Below, piece by piece: positions 46,301-56,195 of a stretch of 64,000 nt of DNA (position 1 is its first letter; each line of letters opens with the position of its first letter). This DNA is from a virus. Lineage: Duplodnaviria; Caudoviricetes. Made by a program: the position numbers and the translations under genes. Location of the stretch: positions 2,563 through 66,562 of the IMG/VR virus record IMGVR_UViG_2585427527_000003, one strand, 5' to 3'. Below the pieces are notes generated by a model. The model had not been told where the DNA came from, searched no databases, and saw nothing but the letters and a program-made list of their open reading frames with translations.

Positions 46301-48144
46301 AAGCGCGCCAGCTGGCCGATGCGCAGCGCGACCGCCTTCTGTCTCTCAATCAGTCGGTTACAGCGCAGCAACAGGAAATTGCCCTGATCGGCAAGACCAC
46401 GGGTGAAGCGACTGCGCTTCGGACGGCTTACGAGCTAATTTCGCAGATCCGTATGGAGGCCGCGAAAAACGGCACGCAGGTCGACGAAAAGGAAATCGAG
46501 CTGATCAAGCAGAAGGCGCAGGAATTGGGCCGGCTGGCGGATCTCTACGCCAAGGCCAGCCTGCGCAATGATCTTGCTTTTGAGCGCGACCAGATTTTCA
46601 GGTCTGACAATGACCAGCAGATAGCATCGCGCCTGCGTTCATCTGGCCTGCCGGTTGACATGAACTCTGCGGAAGCGAACGCAATCCGCGATAACATGAA
46701 CATTCAGCAGCTGCGGGACGGCGTGAAGGGCTTCTTCACCGACTTCCGCGACGGGCTGCTGCAGGGCGACAGCCTCGGCAAGTCGCTCGGCAACGCTATC
46801 CTGAAGGCGCTGAGCAATGTCGCGACGAAGATCACGGATTCGCTGATCAACGACCTGACGAACTCGATCATTGGCACCGGCAAGCCCGGCGGCGGCGGCC
46901 TTCTCGGCCTGCTTGGTATCGGCTCCAGCGCGACGAAGTCGGCGGCCAATGACAATTTCGTCGCCAATACCACGCTCGGCGCCGTGCTCGGCATGCCGGC
47001 CGCTGCCAACCAGAACCTGCCCGGCAACATGCAGGCCTATGGTGCCGCCATCCGCTCGATCGAGAGCGGCGGCAATTATTCCGCCCTTGGTCCTATGCTT
47101 GCGTCCGGCGATCGCGCCTATGGTGCCTATCAGGTGATGGGTGCCAATATCCCGTCATGGACGAAGGGCGCGCTTGGGCAATCGCTGTCGCCATCGCAGT
47201 TCCTTGCCAGCCAGGGCGCGCAAGATGCGGTGTTCAACAAGTACTTCGGAGCATCGCTTTCCAAATACGGCAACCCGCAGGACGCTGCCAGCACCTGGTT
47301 CACAGGTCGGCCGCTGGCGCAGGGTGCTGGCGCGAGCGACATCCTTGGCACGACGGGATCATCCTACGTCAACAAGTTCAACGCCTCGCTGAGCAGACTT
47401 GATACGACCGTCACGTCTGCGACCGGAACCGTGGGAAGCCTGAATTCGGCGACCGGCACTGCGGCCGATGGCCTGACGAATTTCGGCGGTGGCCTCAACC
47501 AGTTCGGTCAGCAGCTTTCGTCCAGCGTCGGCGGCGTATCGAGCGGCGGTGGCGGCGGCGGTCTGTTCGGATGGATCGGCAAACTGTTCGGCTTTGGGGG
47601 CGGCAGTAGCGGCGGCTTCGACATCGGGTCGACTACGCCTGTGGCGGCTGGCGCATTCAATCCTTACGCCGCTCTTAGCAGCTCCGGTTTAGGCTTCGAC
47701 AGCGGCGGCTACACCGGACCAGGTGGGAAATATGAACCGGCCGGCACGGTCCATCGTGGCGAGGTCGTCTGGAGTCAGGACGATATCGCGCGCTGGGGCG
47801 GCGTCGACAACGTCGAGCGCATGCGCGTGGGCCGTCCGGAGTATCGCGGCATGCCTCGCTATGGCTATGCGGACGGTGGTGTTGCCGGCGGGCCGCCGCG
47901 CCGCTCGACGATAGGCGATGCAACGGAACGTCATCAGGCCCGCATGGAGCGCGCCGCATCAATGGGCATCAATGCCGACATCGGCGTCTCTGTCGACGAG
48001 GAAGGCAATCTCAAGGCCTACGTCAAGAGCGTGGCAAGGCAGGAAGCCGACAATTCCAGTTCCAAGGCCGTGGCCGATTTCAGCAGCAAGCATCTGCCCG
48101 GCCGGGTGCAGCAGATCAATAAGAACCCGAGGAAGGTCGGATGA
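43348..48144 (+). CDS. Tape measure protein with internal lysozyme/SLT-like domain
   Basis: 1598 aa Ala/Gln-rich; FQLQDI..ALQQGPQL; AIRSIESGGNY..AYGAYQ; FDSGGYTG.GGKYEPAG.VHRGE. Confidence 0.93.
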   Translation: MAVELRSLRISADFDAAAYVRGAQQKVAADKSMVESSNEAAAAAVRVSTSNDAVNIKVSSTVSALERLSRQYVDGYGAAQKFNSELLRLAKASDTGTVSAEQLQRIYTGVSQRFGLTANSADLAARGFTGLATAIDTVNASLREQQQAAAAASRIAELTAKFDPALASAGRLSAELNDLAEAERLGVQIAGGYESALDQLINKFDAGSAAIRRQSEEYAALARAARQAEAADRTQGKYNQVLSVRDPHEFNGSARQSASVFSEQLDQADEQARANAAAMRLAEQESERYAKAANDLRGELDPVWAAQQRLNDELELYNTLAAKGLISAEQLGKAQSLARAKLAGNSNVPGKGISDGAQRANVSNIGFQLQDIATTGAFMPWQTVALQQGPQLAGAFAGQSAGQAVKSVGAALGEVLSLSSLAAIGFAGAAAAAIHYFSTASDSAKTLEDALKAQNDSLNILKDTYHQVAEASKISPNLGGNSRADASLRVNDVVARAVARQEGNKYIAQLSGTGGFFSPITGAGTPISALENLQGYQKPYQGTVNEFLNSVRGGAPVDLQGLNRSIDSAYQSAAKAPDIDADQWRNAADAVQAMAQNALSADSTIKVLGADGKETSQSLKPFQDAIVRLKIGIADNRADFAKFAEDVEAIGKATGLTRVADQVIVLGKDLNDYYQVMQQVKTAQDRLFNDVGPGGRLTSQGPTDRAADDSYSRWQAEQQQTMRRSQRSFLADTLSVNARSPQQRRTAAMAQAALDVVPGEGVQAKNQRINIAGQSAYMAAYTQQKEALDEFARSLQKANDDQQLQISLIGKTGASAEQARAQYESLAQLRSIANRSGITDEQEFQRVFAKQIDLIQSASNEYGKLAESRARAQLSDNIKFQQDQLGRSPQQRTIAEQQRSAGLPIDFLSPQAKQIADLDAAQRQREMDRQRASYEAQLATINARTSSERIAAARKTAEAQASDNDTDPEKQQKANQAEGLARAQEARQLADAQRDRLLSLNQSVTAQQQEIALIGKTTGEATALRTAYELISQIRMEAAKNGTQVDEKEIELIKQKAQELGRLADLYAKASLRNDLAFERDQIFRSDNDQQIASRLRSSGLPVDMNSAEANAIRDNMNIQQLRDGVKGFFTDFRDGLLQGDSLGKSLGNAILKALSNVATKITDSLINDLTNSIIGTGKPGGGGLLGLLGIGSSATKSAANDNFVANTTLGAVLGMPAAANQNLPGNMQAYGAAIRSIESGGNYSALGPMLASGDRAYGAYQVMGANIPSWTKGALGQSLSPSQFLASQGAQDAVFNKYFGASLSKYGNPQDAASTWFTGRPLAQGAGASDILGTTGSSYVNKFNASLSRLDTTVTSATGTVGSLNSATGTAADGLTNFGGGLNQFGQQLSSSVGGVSSGGGGGGLFGWIGKLFGFGGGSSGGFDIGSTTPVAAGAFNPYAALSSSGLGFDSGGYTGPGGKYEPAGTVHRGEVVWSQDDIARWGGVDNVERMRVGRPEYRGMPRYGYADGGVAGGPPRRSTIGDATERHQARMERAASMGINADIGVSVDEEGNLKAYVKSVARQEADNSSSKAVADFSSKHLPGRVQQINKNPRKVG

Positions 48145-48170
48145 ATGTGAAATCAAACATTCAGCTAAAA

Positions 48171-48461
48171 TTAAAACGGCCTTGGCGGATTAGGTTGCCG
48201 TTTGAGTAGCTCGATCCAGCGCTCTGCGGGTGTGCTAGCTGCGTCATTGAGCACTTTGCACAACTCTTCAACGGATTGAGATACGATCTCAGCATGAGAC
48301 ATCAAAGGGTCGTAGGGAATTGAGACGGGTAGTTGGACCGCATTCCTATAGATTTTTGGGGCATCCGTCTCGAAGCTAATCCAAACGACAAGGTTTGGCT
48401 CCTGCCCTTCCCGATCCGGCATCGCAACATAAATCTGATCGCATTTGGCTGCTTTGATCAT
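48171..48461 (-). CDS. Hypothetical moron protein (96 aa)
   Basis: Antisense to tail operon, lower GC, AGGAG upstream. Confidence 0.6.
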   Translation of the reverse strand: MIKAAKCDQIYVAMPDREGQEPNLVVWISFETDAPKIYRNAVQLPVSIPYDPLMSHAEIVSQSVEELCKVLNDAASTPAERWIELLKRQPNPPRPF

Positions 48462-48546
48462 CAGCGCACCTTAACTCCTGATTGTTGCTTCATGGCACAA
48501 CGGGTTGCGTCATTCAATTCGCACTATTCCTACCGGGGTGATTTCG

Positions 48547-49200
48547 ATGACCGTTACCTATCCGTATTCTCTCGCCGACTTTGCCGACCAGCTGCGCATT
48601 ACCAATGTCGTTTGGGATATCCAGCGCAATGACGAACTCTCGGGAACGGGCGACGGCCGCGTCTGGCAGGCGGAGCTTGCTGCTCCGCTCTGGATCGGTA
48701 CGGTCAGCCTGATCACCATGGAAAACAACGTGGCAAAGCAGATTGCCGCCAAGATCCGCAAGCTTCACGGCGCGCAGGAAGCCCTGTTCCTTTGCGATCC
48801 GCTGTCGAAATATCCGCAGTTCGACCCGGATGGCAGCATCATCGGAACACGGGTCGTCACCGTCAATTCGGTGGCGGCCGATCTCGACGGCCTGAGCCTG
48901 AAAGGCCTGACGGCTGGCTATCAGCTGACAGCCGGCGACAAGATGCAGATCGCCTATGGTGCGAACCCGACGCGATATGCCTTCCTTGAAGTGTCGGAAA
49001 CCGTCACGGCGGATGGCACAGGGGTAACGCCGGTTTTCGGGGTTTTCCCGCATGTCTCGCCCGCGATTGCCGCCAATACGCCCGTCACCCTCATCAAGCC
49101 CGCCTGCAAGTGCATCATCATGCCCGGCAGCCATAATCCCGGCACCGCGACGAAGATGCACACCGATGGCGCCGGCTTCAAAGTGATCCAGAAGAAGTAA
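48547..49200 (+). CDS. Distal tail-like protein
   Basis: First sense gene after tape measure. Confidence 0.65.
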   Translation: MTVTYPYSLADFADQLRITNVVWDIQRNDELSGTGDGRVWQAELAAPLWIGTVSLITMENNVAKQIAAKIRKLHGAQEALFLCDPLSKYPQFDPDGSIIGTRVVTVNSVAADLDGLSLKGLTAGYQLTAGDKMQIAYGANPTRYAFLEVSETVTADGTGVTPVFGVFPHVSPAIAANTPVTLIKPACKCIIMPGSHNPGTATKMHTDGAGFKVIQKK

Positions 49201-49223
49201 AGTGATGACCCCTAACGACTATT

Positions 49224-49529
49224 TCAGCGACGTGGCTCTGTCACAGTCTCGACCTTTGCGCCCGTCTCTTTTTCAAGTGTTTCCTTGTAGCTCTTCAGCA
49301 TCTCCGCAATGCGCCGATAGACCAGTTCTGCGCCTGGTTGAGCCTTTGCATTCCGCTTTGCCAGATCCTCATGATGTCCGACCAAGTCGCCAAGGATCAG
49401 TGCTCCTTCGCCTGGTGAAATCTTCTCCAGATTAATCAGCCGAAATATCAATCGCCCCGTCATGTCGGTTGACGCGGTTGCCACTGCATTCATCTGCTCG
49501 GCGATCTGCCGCAAATGTTGATCGTCCAT
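49224..49529 (-). CDS. Hypothetical moron protein (~101 aa)
   Basis: Antisense; GAGGGA RBS before ATG 49529. Confidence 0.55.
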   Translation of the reverse strand: MDDQHLRQIAEQMNAVATASTDMTGRLIFRLINLEKISPGEGALILGDLVGHHEDLAKRNAKAQPGAELVYRRIAEMLKSYKETLEKETGAKVETVTEPRR

Positions 49530-49610
49530 AGTTCCCTCTCTTCGTAGGCGCCGGCAATTGATCACGATTGCAATCAAGAGTCGAGCGCAACTAGCGCTAC
49601 TTCCGTCGAC

Positions 49611-50261
49611 ATGGAGACCGTCATCATGAAGAATCCGGACCCGAACTTTCTTGGCGCCCTGCAGGGCGCGCGCGACGACGGCCTATCGATCCGTAGCCTG
49701 GTCTATTTCTCGGTCAAGTCGTTCGACGGTACACCCGTCGAGCTGGGCGTCTGGACCGGCGACGAGGATATGTCAATTTCCGTCGTTTCCGGCGTGACGG
49801 GACAGATGGTGATCCGCGACTACTACGGCTTCGGCCTGGTCGAAGATATCGATCCGATCCCGCGCGTTTCGGATCTGACAATCCAGACCGTGACGATCTC
49901 GCTCAGCCAGATCGCCGGCGTCACGCAGCAGCTGGCGCGCGGTTACGATATTCGGCTCGGCAAGGTCGAGATCCATCGCGCCATTCTCGATCGGAAAAGC
50001 CGGCGGCCGGTCTCCGCGCCGGAACTGGATTTCATGGGCGAGATCGACGGATCGCCGATCGACACGCCGCAAGTCGGTGAAGAAGGCAGCATCCAGATCC
50101 GGGCCGTTTCCGACGCTATCTCGATGCTCACCCGCAAAAACCCGCTGAAGTCCTCCTATGAGGGGCAGAAGCGGCGCAGCGGCGACGAGATGGGCAAATA
50201 CGCCAGCACGGTTGCCACATGGGATATTCCCTGGGGCCAGAAGAAGAATAAGAATTCATGA
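49611..50261 (+). CDS. Tail hub/minor tail protein
   Basis: Synteny; C-terminal QKRRSGD...IPWG. Confidence 0.7.
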   Translation: METVIMKNPDPNFLGALQGARDDGLSIRSLVYFSVKSFDGTPVELGVWTGDEDMSISVVSGVTGQMVIRDYYGFGLVEDIDPIPRVSDLTIQTVTISLSQIAGVTQQLARGYDIRLGKVEIHRAILDRKSRRPVSAPELDFMGEIDGSPIDTPQVGEEGSIQIRAVSDAISMLTRKNPLKSSYEGQKRRSGDEMGKYASTVATWDIPWGQKKNKNS

Positions 50262-50686
50262 TCGAGTTGAAACGTCTTCCCGACTGGCGCGCTCGCATGA
50301 CGGCCGCAATAGATGTCGTCAAATATCGATCTTTCGATTGGCGGCAGTGCGATTGTGTCTCTGGCCTCGCCGCGCCTCTGGTCGCCGCGATCACCGGCGT
50401 CGATCTCTTTGCTGGACATGGCGATAAATACGCCGATGCGGATAGCGGCTACCAGCTGATGAAACAGCTTGGCTTTGCGGATCTCGCCGACCTCGCCGGC
50501 AGCTTCCTGCCGGAATACGAGCACCCGTCGCGCGCCTCGACGGGCGACATTGCGGCTATCGCCGTTTCCACCCGCTTCCGGCATGCGCTCGGCGTCATCA
50601 GCGGCGACCGCATCTTCGTTCTTTCCGAGACCGGCTTCGGCACGGTCGACCTGCTGACAGCCGCACGAGCCTTCAAGGTCGGATAA
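50258..50686 (+). CDS. NlpC/P60-like tail assembly protein
   Basis: RLPDWRAR, FDW..CDC, AITGVD, GDIA, ALGV. Confidence 0.75.
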   Translation: MIELKRLPDWRARMTAAIDVVKYRSFDWRQCDCVSGLAAPLVAAITGVDLFAGHGDKYADADSGYQLMKQLGFADLADLAGSFLPEYEHPSRASTGDIAAIAVSTRFRHALGVISGDRIFVLSETGFGTVDLLTAARAFKVG

Positions 50687-50689
50687 TCC

Positions 50690-53600
50690 ATGAAACTCTT
50701 CATCCTGACGTTAAACGTCATCGGCTTCTGGCTGATGGCGGACCCGGCGCATGCCGATCCCCTCACAACCCTGATCGCGACAGCGATCGCCAAGGGCGGC
50801 ATCAGTGCGTTCCTCGTCAAGTTCGTCCTCGGCGCGGTACTGACCTTCGCTACGTCGCTGCTGCAGAAGGCTTTGGCGAAAAAGCCAAAGCAGGATGCGG
50901 TCGGCGTCAACGTCCAGATCCAGATGGGCGACGATGTGTCGGCCACGGTTTTGATCGGCACTTATGCCACGGCGGGCCGACGCAAGTATTCTGGCACTTG
51001 GGGCGAGCCACGCCAGACACCGAATTCCTTCCTCGTCGATGTCATCGAGCTGAGCAATATGCCGAGCAATGCCGGGCCGCTCGGGCTGACCAGCGTCTGG
51101 ATCGACGACAAGAAATGCGGCGTGCGCTGGGATCAACCGCATCCGGACGGTCGCGGCTATCCCATCGTCGAGTATCGCGGCACCGATGGCGACGATCACC
51201 TTTGGATCAAGTATCTCGATGGCACGCAGACGGCCGCCGATCCCTATCTTTTAGCGAAATTCGGCGCGGACCCAGATCGGCCCTACCTGACGACCATGAT
51301 CGGCCGTGGCTGCCAGATGGTTATCCTGACGGCGCTCTACAACGCCGATTATTTCTCGGGTATTCCGCAGGGTGTCTATGAGCCGCATCCCATGCCGCTC
51401 TACGACATCCGGAAGGATTCGACGAACGGCGGCTTTGGCTCGCATCGTTGGGGCGTTCCGGCTACCTATGAGCCGTCCGATAACAGCGCCGTCATGATCT
51501 ACAATATCAAGCGCGGCATCTATTACGGCGATCAATGGATGTGCGGCGGCCAGAACCTTGCGGCGCACCGCCTGCCGGCGTCGAACTGGATTGCTGCCGC
51601 CAACGAATGCGATCGGGCGATTGATCTGGCAGGCGGCGGCACGGAAAGGCAATTCCGCGGCGGATACGAGATCGCAGTTGCCGACAATGAGCCGCTTGAC
51701 GTTGTCGACGACCTGCGCGACGGCTGCGCCGGCCGCATCGCCGAGAATGGCGGCGTGTTCAAGATCCTCGTAGGGGGGTTGCCGGCGCCCGTCTACAGCT
51801 TCTCGGATGGCGATGTTCTTGTCACGAAGGGCCAGAGCTACGACCCATTTCCGGCGCTCAGTGCCACCTATAACGCCATCGAGGCGACCTATCCGGAGCC
51901 TGAAGAAAAATGGGCGATGAAGGATGCGCCAGGTCTCTACAATGCCGATCTCGAAGCAGCTGACGGCAATCGTCGTCTGCCGATCGGTTTGAAGTTCCCT
52001 TCGACACCGTTTTCGACACAGGTCCAGCGCCTGCAGCGCGCTTTCATTCAGGAAGAGCGGCGTTTTCGCACGCATCAGTTCTACCTGCCACCGGAAGCGT
52101 TTGTGCTTGAGCCGAACGACGTTACCGCGTGGTCGTCGCAGCGCAACGGCTATGACAACAAGAAATTCATCGTCGTCTCCATTGAGGGCGAGATGGATGC
52201 TAACCAGCTTGTCACGCTGAAGGAAGTCGATCCCTCCGACTATGACTGGAACGTTAGCTTTCAGTTGCCGACAACGATTAGTTGGACTGGGCGCATCTCT
52301 GTGCCCGCGCAACCCATGTACGGTTGGACGGTCGCACCAGCCGCAATCAAGGACGCCGGAGGCATCGACCGCCGTCCGGCGATCAAGATCAGCTGCGCAC
52401 CTGATCAGGATGACGTGACTGGAGTTTGGGTACAGGTCAGGCTGAAGGACACAGCCGCCGTCGTCTTCGATAGCGACAGCAATCCATACGCCGATCCCTT
52501 TTCGTGGATCATCTCCGGTCAATGGACGCTGCCCAACACAGATTATGAGGCAAGGGGCAAATACCTGCCCGGTTCGAATCGTACGACGGTCTGGTCGGAA
52601 TGGCTGGCGGTGAAGACGCCGAACATTCTTATTCAGGCCGGCGACGTCCTCGACGGCGCTATTATCGCCTCGAAGATTGCAGACGCGGCTGTGACGGCCG
52701 CAAAGATCATGGATGAGGCCGTCACCAACCTGAAGCTCGCCGACCAGGCCGTTTCGACCGCAAAGCTTGAAGTGGCGGCGGTCACGGCCGACGTGCTGGC
52801 GAGCGGTGCCGTCATTTCCAGCAAACTGGCCGATGGCGCGGTGACGGCCGCCAAGCTCGCCCAAGGTGCGGTGGATGCGACCAGCCTTGCGAGCAGCATC
52901 AAGGCCGTCGAAGTCGTCTCGGCTCTTCCCTCCTCGGGCAATGTCGAAGGCCGTCAGGTTTTTCTAACGACGGATGGTAAACTCTATCGCTACCATAGCG
53001 GCGCTTGGACCACCGCCGTTCCATCGACTGACATTACCGGGCAACTTGTGTCGTCACAGATAGCCAATGGGGCGATTGCCAACCAGCAACTCGCGGCCCT
53101 GGCGATCGACGCCAGTAAGATAGCCAACAATGCGATTACGACGACGAAGATCGCCGATGATGCGATTTCGACCTCGAAATTGCAGGCGAACTCAGTCGTT
53201 GCGGCCAACATCGCAGCCAACGCCATCACAGCCCGAAACCTCGTTCTGCAGGATTGGGAAAACCTGATCCCGGACAATCAGATGCAATCGCCGACCGCGT
53301 GGCCGTTCTTGTCGGCCTGCGTCATAAAGCCTGCCGCCACGCTGCCGTTCGCGTCCAAGGGGTCGCTCGATTACACCTATGTCGGTGGGGCAGGCTACCA
53401 GCATATCGTCATAGGCCCAGCCTTCGCGATCGCTCCCGGACAGCAGTATTTGGCTTCGGTGCAGGTCGCCCGCACCTCGGGCACCAAAGCTGGCTTCTGG
53501 ATTCGCGTTCACTGGCTGGATGCAAACGGCGCGCTGCTGAACCCGGATCAATGGGGCGACATTGTCGGTATCAACGGCGTAACGCCGCCCTTGAATGAGG

Positions 53601-55759
53601 TGCAGACCTACTCGAACACAATCACGCCGCCGACAGCTGCCTTCGGCGCACGTGTCCACATGTATATCCAGCGAGATTACACAGACGGTAACCTCTCGAT
53701 CGGCGGCCTCAGCTACCTGCGAAGAGCTTCAGCCAGCCTGATCGTCGACGGAGCGATCATCGCCGGCAAGATCGCTGCCAATGCCGTCACGGCAGGCACC
53801 ATCGCCGCAAATGCCGTCACGGCAGGCACGATCGCGGCCGGCGCAGTCTCGGCTGCACAGATCGCGGCCGGAGCCATCACGACGGATAAGTTGGCTGCTG
53901 GGTCTATCTCCAGCCAGGCGCTTGCTGTCGGCAACGGTGGCAACTATCTCTCGAACTCGGACCTGTCTGCGGGCCTCACCGGATGGGGGCCTGAATGGTC
54001 GAATTCTCCCTCCAAGTTCACGCTTTCACTGCGCACGGACACCTACGCGCCCGTTCCTGGCGCCATCGAAATTCGGCAGATCAGCGGCGATCAGGGGATC
54101 GAGTATGGTGTCACGCCCTACAATGCGGATGGCAGCGGTCAGCAGTTCGCCGTCAAGCCAAACGGCTGGTACGAGCTGTCCGTCTACTATCTCGGTCACA
54201 GGTGCAACGGCGTGCAGCCTTACCTTGCGGTGTTGGACGCCAATAGCACTCTGATCAGCTATATCAACTGGGGAGTTTTCCCTGCAGCACAGGGCATCGA
54301 TCCGCAAAAGAACCTCGCCAACTACCAGCGGTTCTGGGGCAAGCTTCAGATGCCGGCGAACGCAGCCAGGGCCGTCGTCTTCTTCCGAATGAAGGGGACC
54401 GTTGCCGGTCAGAACGACAGCTTTCTTTGGCTGGCGCGCATGTATTTCGGTGAGGCCAATCCCAATCAGACGGAACCGAGCCCATGGAGCGACGGCGGCG
54501 TCACGATGATTGCTGGCGGCAACATCGTCTCCAACGCGGTGACTGCTGACAAGATCGCGGCGAACGCCGTGACGGCCGGTAAGGTCGCCGCCAATGCGGT
54601 CACGGCCGGCACGATCGCGGCCGGCGCGGTTACTGCCACAACGATCGCGGGCGGCACGATCACCGGCGACAAGCTGGCGGCCAACACGATCGGCGCGGGA
54701 CAGATCGCGGCCGATGCGATCACGGCCAAGCAACTTGTGCTCACCGATTTCAGCAATATCGCCGACAACGGCTGGCAGACCGGCAGCCTCGACGGCTGGG
54801 TTACCGAGAATGTGCAGGCCTTTTACAACGACACCATTAGCGGAGACGTCGCCGGCTATGTCTTGCAGTCGCTCGGCCGAAACTGTGCGATCTCGAATTA
54901 CATCGCTGTCACGGCCGGCGAGACCTATGCCTTCGACGTCTGGGTCTACAATACCGATAGCAACTTGGCTGCTATCTACGCGATCGGTTTATCGCCCACG
55001 GGCGCGGGCATACCGGTGCAGTTGATCACCACAGGGACGAAGAATACCTGGGTAAGGCTGCAAGTCAGATACACCGTCCCCAGTGGGATGACCAAGCTCG
55101 CCATGGACTTGGCTTGCTTGAAGACAGCAGGCACTGGAACTTCCTGTTACTGGTCGAAGCCGGTCATGCGTCGCGCCGTCTCGGCCGAGCTGATCGTTGA
55201 CGGTGCCGTGACCGCTAACAAGATCTCGGTCAACAGCCTCGACGCCATCACCGCCAATCTCGGCGCGGTCAATATCAGCTCGGCCGTCATCGGCTCCCTG
55301 CAGGTCGGCACGTCCAATATTCAGGGTGGCGCTGTTACGGGAGTGGGCGCTGGGCGTGTCGCCGGCACGCAGACCATCGGCGCAAACGGCACGGTCAATC
55401 TTGTAAGCTGTGTCGTCAATGTTGCCGGCGATGGCCGCGTGGTGATCGATGCCATGACGCTCGGTCAGTTCAACCAGAACGGCGGCAGTCAGAACTCACA
55501 GCCGATCGGCTGCAACATCTTCCGCGACGGAACGGCGATCTTCAGCCAGACCTACTATCTTGGCGTCGTCCAAACTGTGGTCCAGGGAAGCAGCAACAGC
55601 CCTACTCAGGCTACTTATACGGCCGGTCTCGTGGCCGTTTCTGGCCTCTACGACGCCCCCGGTGCCGGCAATCACACCTACATCCTGCAGATCTATTGCC
55701 CCGGCAACACCATCGGCTGGAACGAAAGCAACATCACCGCCACAGCTCTCAAGAGGTAA
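50690..55759 (+). CDS. Tail tip / host-specificity protein with repeat spacers and CBM-like domains
   Basis: 1689 aa; N-terminal tip domain, blocks of A(V/I)TA.K(I/L)A repeats separating ~150-aa beta domains. Confidence 0.85.
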   Translation: MKLFILTLNVIGFWLMADPAHADPLTTLIATAIAKGGISAFLVKFVLGAVLTFATSLLQKALAKKPKQDAVGVNVQIQMGDDVSATVLIGTYATAGRRKYSGTWGEPRQTPNSFLVDVIELSNMPSNAGPLGLTSVWIDDKKCGVRWDQPHPDGRGYPIVEYRGTDGDDHLWIKYLDGTQTAADPYLLAKFGADPDRPYLTTMIGRGCQMVILTALYNADYFSGIPQGVYEPHPMPLYDIRKDSTNGGFGSHRWGVPATYEPSDNSAVMIYNIKRGIYYGDQWMCGGQNLAAHRLPASNWIAAANECDRAIDLAGGGTERQFRGGYEIAVADNEPLDVVDDLRDGCAGRIAENGGVFKILVGGLPAPVYSFSDGDVLVTKGQSYDPFPALSATYNAIEATYPEPEEKWAMKDAPGLYNADLEAADGNRRLPIGLKFPSTPFSTQVQRLQRAFIQEERRFRTHQFYLPPEAFVLEPNDVTAWSSQRNGYDNKKFIVVSIEGEMDANQLVTLKEVDPSDYDWNVSFQLPTTISWTGRISVPAQPMYGWTVAPAAIKDAGGIDRRPAIKISCAPDQDDVTGVWVQVRLKDTAAVVFDSDSNPYADPFSWIISGQWTLPNTDYEARGKYLPGSNRTTVWSEWLAVKTPNILIQAGDVLDGAIIASKIADAAVTAAKIMDEAVTNLKLADQAVSTAKLEVAAVTADVLASGAVISSKLADGAVTAAKLAQGAVDATSLASSIKAVEVVSALPSSGNVEGRQVFLTTDGKLYRYHSGAWTTAVPSTDITGQLVSSQIANGAIANQQLAALAIDASKIANNAITTTKIADDAISTSKLQANSVVAANIAANAITARNLVLQDWENLIPDNQMQSPTAWPFLSACVIKPAATLPFASKGSLDYTYVGGAGYQHIVIGPAFAIAPGQQYLASVQVARTSGTKAGFWIRVHWLDANGALLNPDQWGDIVGINGVTPPLNEVQTYSNTITPPTAAFGARVHMYIQRDYTDGNLSIGGLSYLRRASASLIVDGAIIAGKIAANAVTAGTIAANAVTAGTIAAGAVSAAQIAAGAITTDKLAAGSISSQALAVGNGGNYLSNSDLSAGLTGWGPEWSNSPSKFTLSLRTDTYAPVPGAIEIRQISGDQGIEYGVTPYNADGSGQQFAVKPNGWYELSVYYLGHRCNGVQPYLAVLDANSTLISYINWGVFPAAQGIDPQKNLANYQRFWGKLQMPANAARAVVFFRMKGTVAGQNDSFLWLARMYFGEANPNQTEPSPWSDGGVTMIAGGNIVSNAVTADKIAANAVTAGKVAANAVTAGTIAAGAVTATTIAGGTITGDKLAANTIGAGQIAADAITAKQLVLTDFSNIADNGWQTGSLDGWVTENVQAFYNDTISGDVAGYVLQSLGRNCAISNYIAVTAGETYAFDVWVYNTDSNLAAIYAIGLSPTGAGIPVQLITTGTKNTWVRLQVRYTVPSGMTKLAMDLACLKTAGTGTSCYWSKPVMRRAVSAELIVDGAVTANKISVNSLDAITANLGAVNISSAVIGSLQVGTSNIQGGAVTGVGAGRVAGTQTIGANGTVNLVSCVVNVAGDGRVVIDAMTLGQFNQNGGSQNSQPIGCNIFRDGTAIFSQTYYLGVVQTVVQGSSNSPTQATYTAGLVAVSGLYDAPGAGNHTYILQIYCPGNTIGWNESNITATALKR

Positions 55760-55763
55760 CTTT

Positions 55764-56195
55764 GTGGAAGCGTTAGAAGACAGAACAATCCACTACATCG
55801 TCCATGGCCCAGACGGCGCAATCCGTCAGAGCGGCGATTGCGCTTTGAGCCTGCTGCCGCACTACGCCGGCATCTACGGCGAGGGCTTCAAAGCAATTGA
55901 AGTACCGGCCGACCAATATCGCCGAGACATCGACGCGCACTGCTATGTGCTGGACGGCGTCATCGCCTCCAAAAGCGTTGCGCTCGATGTCACCGAATAC
56001 ACCGTCCAGGCGGATGGCTTTGACACGGTGCGCCTTGCGTTGCCGGCTGGCACCTCGGTCCTTCATGCCGGCGAGATCGTCGCCATCGAGGACAACGTCT
56101 TCGAGTTTACGACCGACGTTCTTGGCGACCACCGCTTTTCCTTTATCGCCCCGGCTGGCTTCCATCATTTCGAGGTGACCGTCCATGCTGTTTAA
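55764..56195 (+). CDS. Tail-associated hypothetical protein
   Basis: GAGG RBS, GTG start. Confidence 0.6.
   Translation: MEALEDRTIHYIVHGPDGAIRQSGDCALSLLPHYAGIYGEGFKAIEVPADQYRRDIDAHCYVLDGVIASKSVALDVTEYTVQADGFDTVRLALPAGTSVLHAGEIVAIEDNVFEFTTDVLGDHRFSFIAPAGFHHFEVTVHAV

Noticed and set aside
51251-52864. 537-aa minus-strand ORF
   Set aside because: Antisense shadow of the tail-tip gene
52640-55340. Diversity-generating retroelement or invertible tail-fibre system
   Set aside because: No reverse transcriptase, invertase, adenine-specific TR/VR pair or flanking inverted repeats seen; the repeats are in-frame coding repeats
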